A stretch of 64,000 bases of DNA. It comes from Fibrobacterota bacterium (lineage in GTDB: Bacteria > Fibrobacterota > Fibrobacteria > UBA11236). Each line of letters begins with the position of its first letter. Within the stretch, counting starts at the first letter, position 1. The notes beneath the pieces were generated by a model. That model was not told where the DNA came from, searched no databases, and saw only the letters and a program-made list of their open reading frames with translations. The stretch is taken from the NCBI GenBank assembly GCA_947466585.1, contig CANIEU010000009.1, positions 14,923 through 78,922 on the forward strand, read 5' to 3'. Of the stretch, positions 61,640 through 64,000 are shown in pieces. The position numbers and the translations under genes are program-made.

Positions 61640-63520
61640 TTGAGTCCTGCCTGTTTTTTTAGCGCGGGAATCTCTTTGTCTACTAACTCATCTTCCGCCG
61701 CTGCGACCAAATCCGTGCCGGCCGCCAAATTCAAATTGTCGGACCGCTGGGCCCTGCTGAAGCCGTATCTCGCGGAGCACAAGGTTCCCATTCTGTGGGG
61801 CTGGACCTTCGTGGTGGTTTCCACCGCGCTCGATCAGGTCAACCCGTGGATGATCAAGATCATTCTCGACAGCCTGGGTGCGGGCGCGGGAAAGGCCCCT
61901 GTGTTCGGGGCGCTCGGCGGCATTCTTGCCGCCACGGCGGTATCGGCTGGGTTGCTCTTCTATCAGCGGTTGTGGGTGATCCGCGCGTCGCGTGATATCG
62001 AGTATGCGCTGCGCCGCGATTTGTTTTCGGCCCTGATGGCGCAGCCGCGCGCGTTCTTCGACCGCCAAAACACGGGCGATCTGATGTCGCGCGCCACCAA
62101 CGATCTGGACCGTATCCGCGATATGGTAGGCCCGGTGGTGTTGCATTTGGCGCGCATGGGTTTTCTGCTCATCTTCACCACGATCTGCGTGGCGATGCTG
62201 AATCCCAAACTGTTGCTCACGGGATTGTTGCCGGCGTTGATCATGCCGGTGCTGGCGAACTTCTTTCTGATCCGCATGTACACGCATTTCGGGCGCATTC
62301 AGAAGAACCTCTCGTCCCTTAACGGGTTTGTGCAGGATACGCTAACCGGCATTCAAGTGGTGAAGGGCTTTGGGCGCGCTGATCCGTTCGAGCGCAAGTT
62401 CGCGGCGGCCTCGGCCGATTTGCGCGACTCCTCCCTGAAGATCGCGCGCTTCAATGCCGCCATCTGGCCCGCCATTGGCGTGCTCGGTGTGATCGGCATC
62501 GTGCTTTCGGCCTGGCTTGGCGGCCGCATGGTGATTCAGGGCGAGATCAGCTTGGGCACGTTGTCCGCCGCGATCCTGTACCTGCTGCGCCTCCAATTTC
62601 CTCTCGTGGGTCTCGGCTGGGTGGCCAGCATGATCCAGCGCGGCAACGTGTCGGTCGATCGACTGCTGCAATTGCAGTCGGAGTTCGTGGTACCCGTGGG
62701 CCTCTCCCCTTCCCTGTCGACCTCCTCACCGACTTCATCACCAACCTCATCACCAACCTTTTCCACCCTCGAAGCGCACGGTCTGGCATTCACCTACAAC
62801 GACTTTGACAAGGTGTTGTCGGACGTCTCCTTCACCTTAAAACCTGGCACCTCGCTGGGAATCGTCGGCCCCACGGGTTCGGGCAAGACGACTCTGTTGC
62901 ACCTGCTGTGCGGTCTCTATCCGCCCACCGCGCCCGACATGCTGCGCCTCAACGGCGTGTCGCGCGAATCGGTTTCGGACGAAGCGTGGCGTTCGCGTTT
63001 TAGCTACGCCCCGCAGGACGGATTTTTGTTCTCGACCACGATTCGGGAAAACATCGAGTTCGGTGCGGCGAACACTCTTACTCAGACTGCTGGACTGACG
63101 TTGGAGAAAGCCGCGGAGTGGTCGGGTCTGTCGCGCGATTTGCCGCAGTTCCCCAACGGGTACGAGACCTTGCTGGGCGAGAAGGGCATCAACCTGAGCG
63201 GCGGCCAACGCCAACGAGTGGGCCTGGCGCGGGCGCTACTTTCACCGGCGCCCATTCTGTGCCTCGACGATACGCTCTCGGCGCTCGATGCCGAGACCGA
63301 AGAGATCGTGCTGACGCATTTGCGCGGATTATTCCGCGAGCGCTGCCTCGTGGTGGTGGCGCACCGTTATTCGGCGGTGAAGCATTGCGACGAAATCATC
63401 TATCTGCAAGACGGGCGCGTCACGGAACGCGGCTCCCACGAAGAATTAATCCGCCTCGGCGGGGCCTATGCGGCGATCTGGGAAAAGCAACGGATCTCCG
63501 AAAGTCTGGAGCAAGCATAA
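61640..63520 (+). CDS. ABC exporter subunit (TMD+NBD fused); start approximate
   Basis: TM helices; GDLMSRATND, GPTGSGKT, LSGGQRQR and degenerate Walker B LCLDD. Confidence 0.92.
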   Translation: MSPACFFSAGISLSTNSSSAAATKSVPAAKFKLSDRWALLKPYLAEHKVPILWGWTFVVVSTALDQVNPWMIKIILDSLGAGAGKAPVFGALGGILAATAVSAGLLFYQRLWVIRASRDIEYALRRDLFSALMAQPRAFFDRQNTGDLMSRATNDLDRIRDMVGPVVLHLARMGFLLIFTTICVAMLNPKLLLTGLLPALIMPVLANFFLIRMYTHFGRIQKNLSSLNGFVQDTLTGIQVVKGFGRADPFERKFAAASADLRDSSLKIARFNAAIWPAIGVLGVIGIVLSAWLGGRMVIQGEISLGTLSAAILYLLRLQFPLVGLGWVASMIQRGNVSVDRLLQLQSEFVVPVGLSPSLSTSSPTSSPTSSPTFSTLEAHGLAFTYNDFDKVLSDVSFTLKPGTSLGIVGPTGSGKTTLLHLLCGLYPPTAPDMLRLNGVSRESVSDEAWRSRFSYAPQDGFLFSTTIRENIEFGAANTLTQTAGLTLEKAAEWSGLSRDLPQFPNGYETLLGEKGINLSGGQRQRVGLARALLSPAPILCLDDTLSALDAETEEIVLTHLRGLFRERCLVVVAHRYSAVKHCDEIIYLQDGRVTERGSHEELIRLGGAYAAIWEKQRISESLEQA

Positions 63521-64000
63521 TGGTCGCCGAACCCTACCTCCATTCCGATAAAACCACGTCGTTCCTCGACCGCAAGTTGTGGATGCGCATCCTTGGTTTG
63601 GCCCGGGAACAAAAGTGGCTGGCGATCGGAGCCTTGTCTCTCTTGGTGGTCGCCGAAATTCTGCCCCTGTTTCAACCGCGCATCTTGCGGAGCATGATCG
63701 ACGGCCCCATCCACGACAAGAATCTGGACGGGATCTTGCATTACCTGCTGGCGTTCGGGGCGGTGGCCTTGGTCGGCGGTGCCTTGGAATATGTACGGTC
63801 GATGCTGACGCAGCGTCTGGGCCTCGAGGTGATCCACAATCTGAGGCTCAAGCTCTTCGGGAAGCTCAAGGGCTTTCACATGGACTTCTTCAACCGCACG
63901 CCGGTGGGGCGTTTGATGACGCGCCTCGGCAACGATGTTGACAGCCTGAACAGCATGTTCACCGAGGGTCTGGTGGAGCTTTCGGGCGCGCTGCTGGTGA
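63520..64000 (+). CDS. Second ABC exporter subunit; 3'-truncated by the window edge
   Basis: TAATG coupling; MVAEPYLH...FFNRTPVGRLMTRLGNDVDSL, frame open to the end. Confidence 0.88.
   Translation, partial: MVAEPYLHSDKTTSFLDRKLWMRILGLAREQKWLAIGALSLLVVAEILPLFQPRILRSMIDGPIHDKNLDGILHYLLAFGAVALVGGALEYVRSMLTQRLGLEVIHNLRLKLFGKLKGFHMDFFNRTPVGRLMTRLGNDVDSLNSMFTEGLVELSGALLV

Overview
GC-rich bacterial chromosomal segment. T9SS-style C-terminal domains and the gene content suggest Fibrobacterota or a related FCB-group lineage (inference). The backbone is housekeeping: gmhA, araB/araD, gyrA, surE, hisS-queF, serC, mltG, obgE, ilvC, ffh, rpsP-rimM-trmD-rplS, recG, carB, tRNA-Gln and a heterodimeric ABC exporter. 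Accessory blocks are a sugar-catabolism cluster, a carotenoid operon with a CarH-like regulator inserted between trmD and rplS (its CrtB is fused to a membrane segment and an extra helical domain), and a more AT-rich yhcG / DUF2075 / MazG islet. Main non-coding discoveries: (1) two paralogous, independently terminated ~135-nt structured RNA candidates at ~46.4 kb and ~48.1 kb, sharing an internal-loop motif and identically spaced promoter boxes; (2) a 28-bp XerCD dif site at 60664-60691 with an inverted partial copy, and GGGNAGGG polarity converging on it; (3) a family of heptamer-array inverted-repeat elements; (4) a recurring TANNNT-(6-9 nt)-start pattern suggesting widespread leaderless transcripts. 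All calls come from reading the sequence; no database searches were run.
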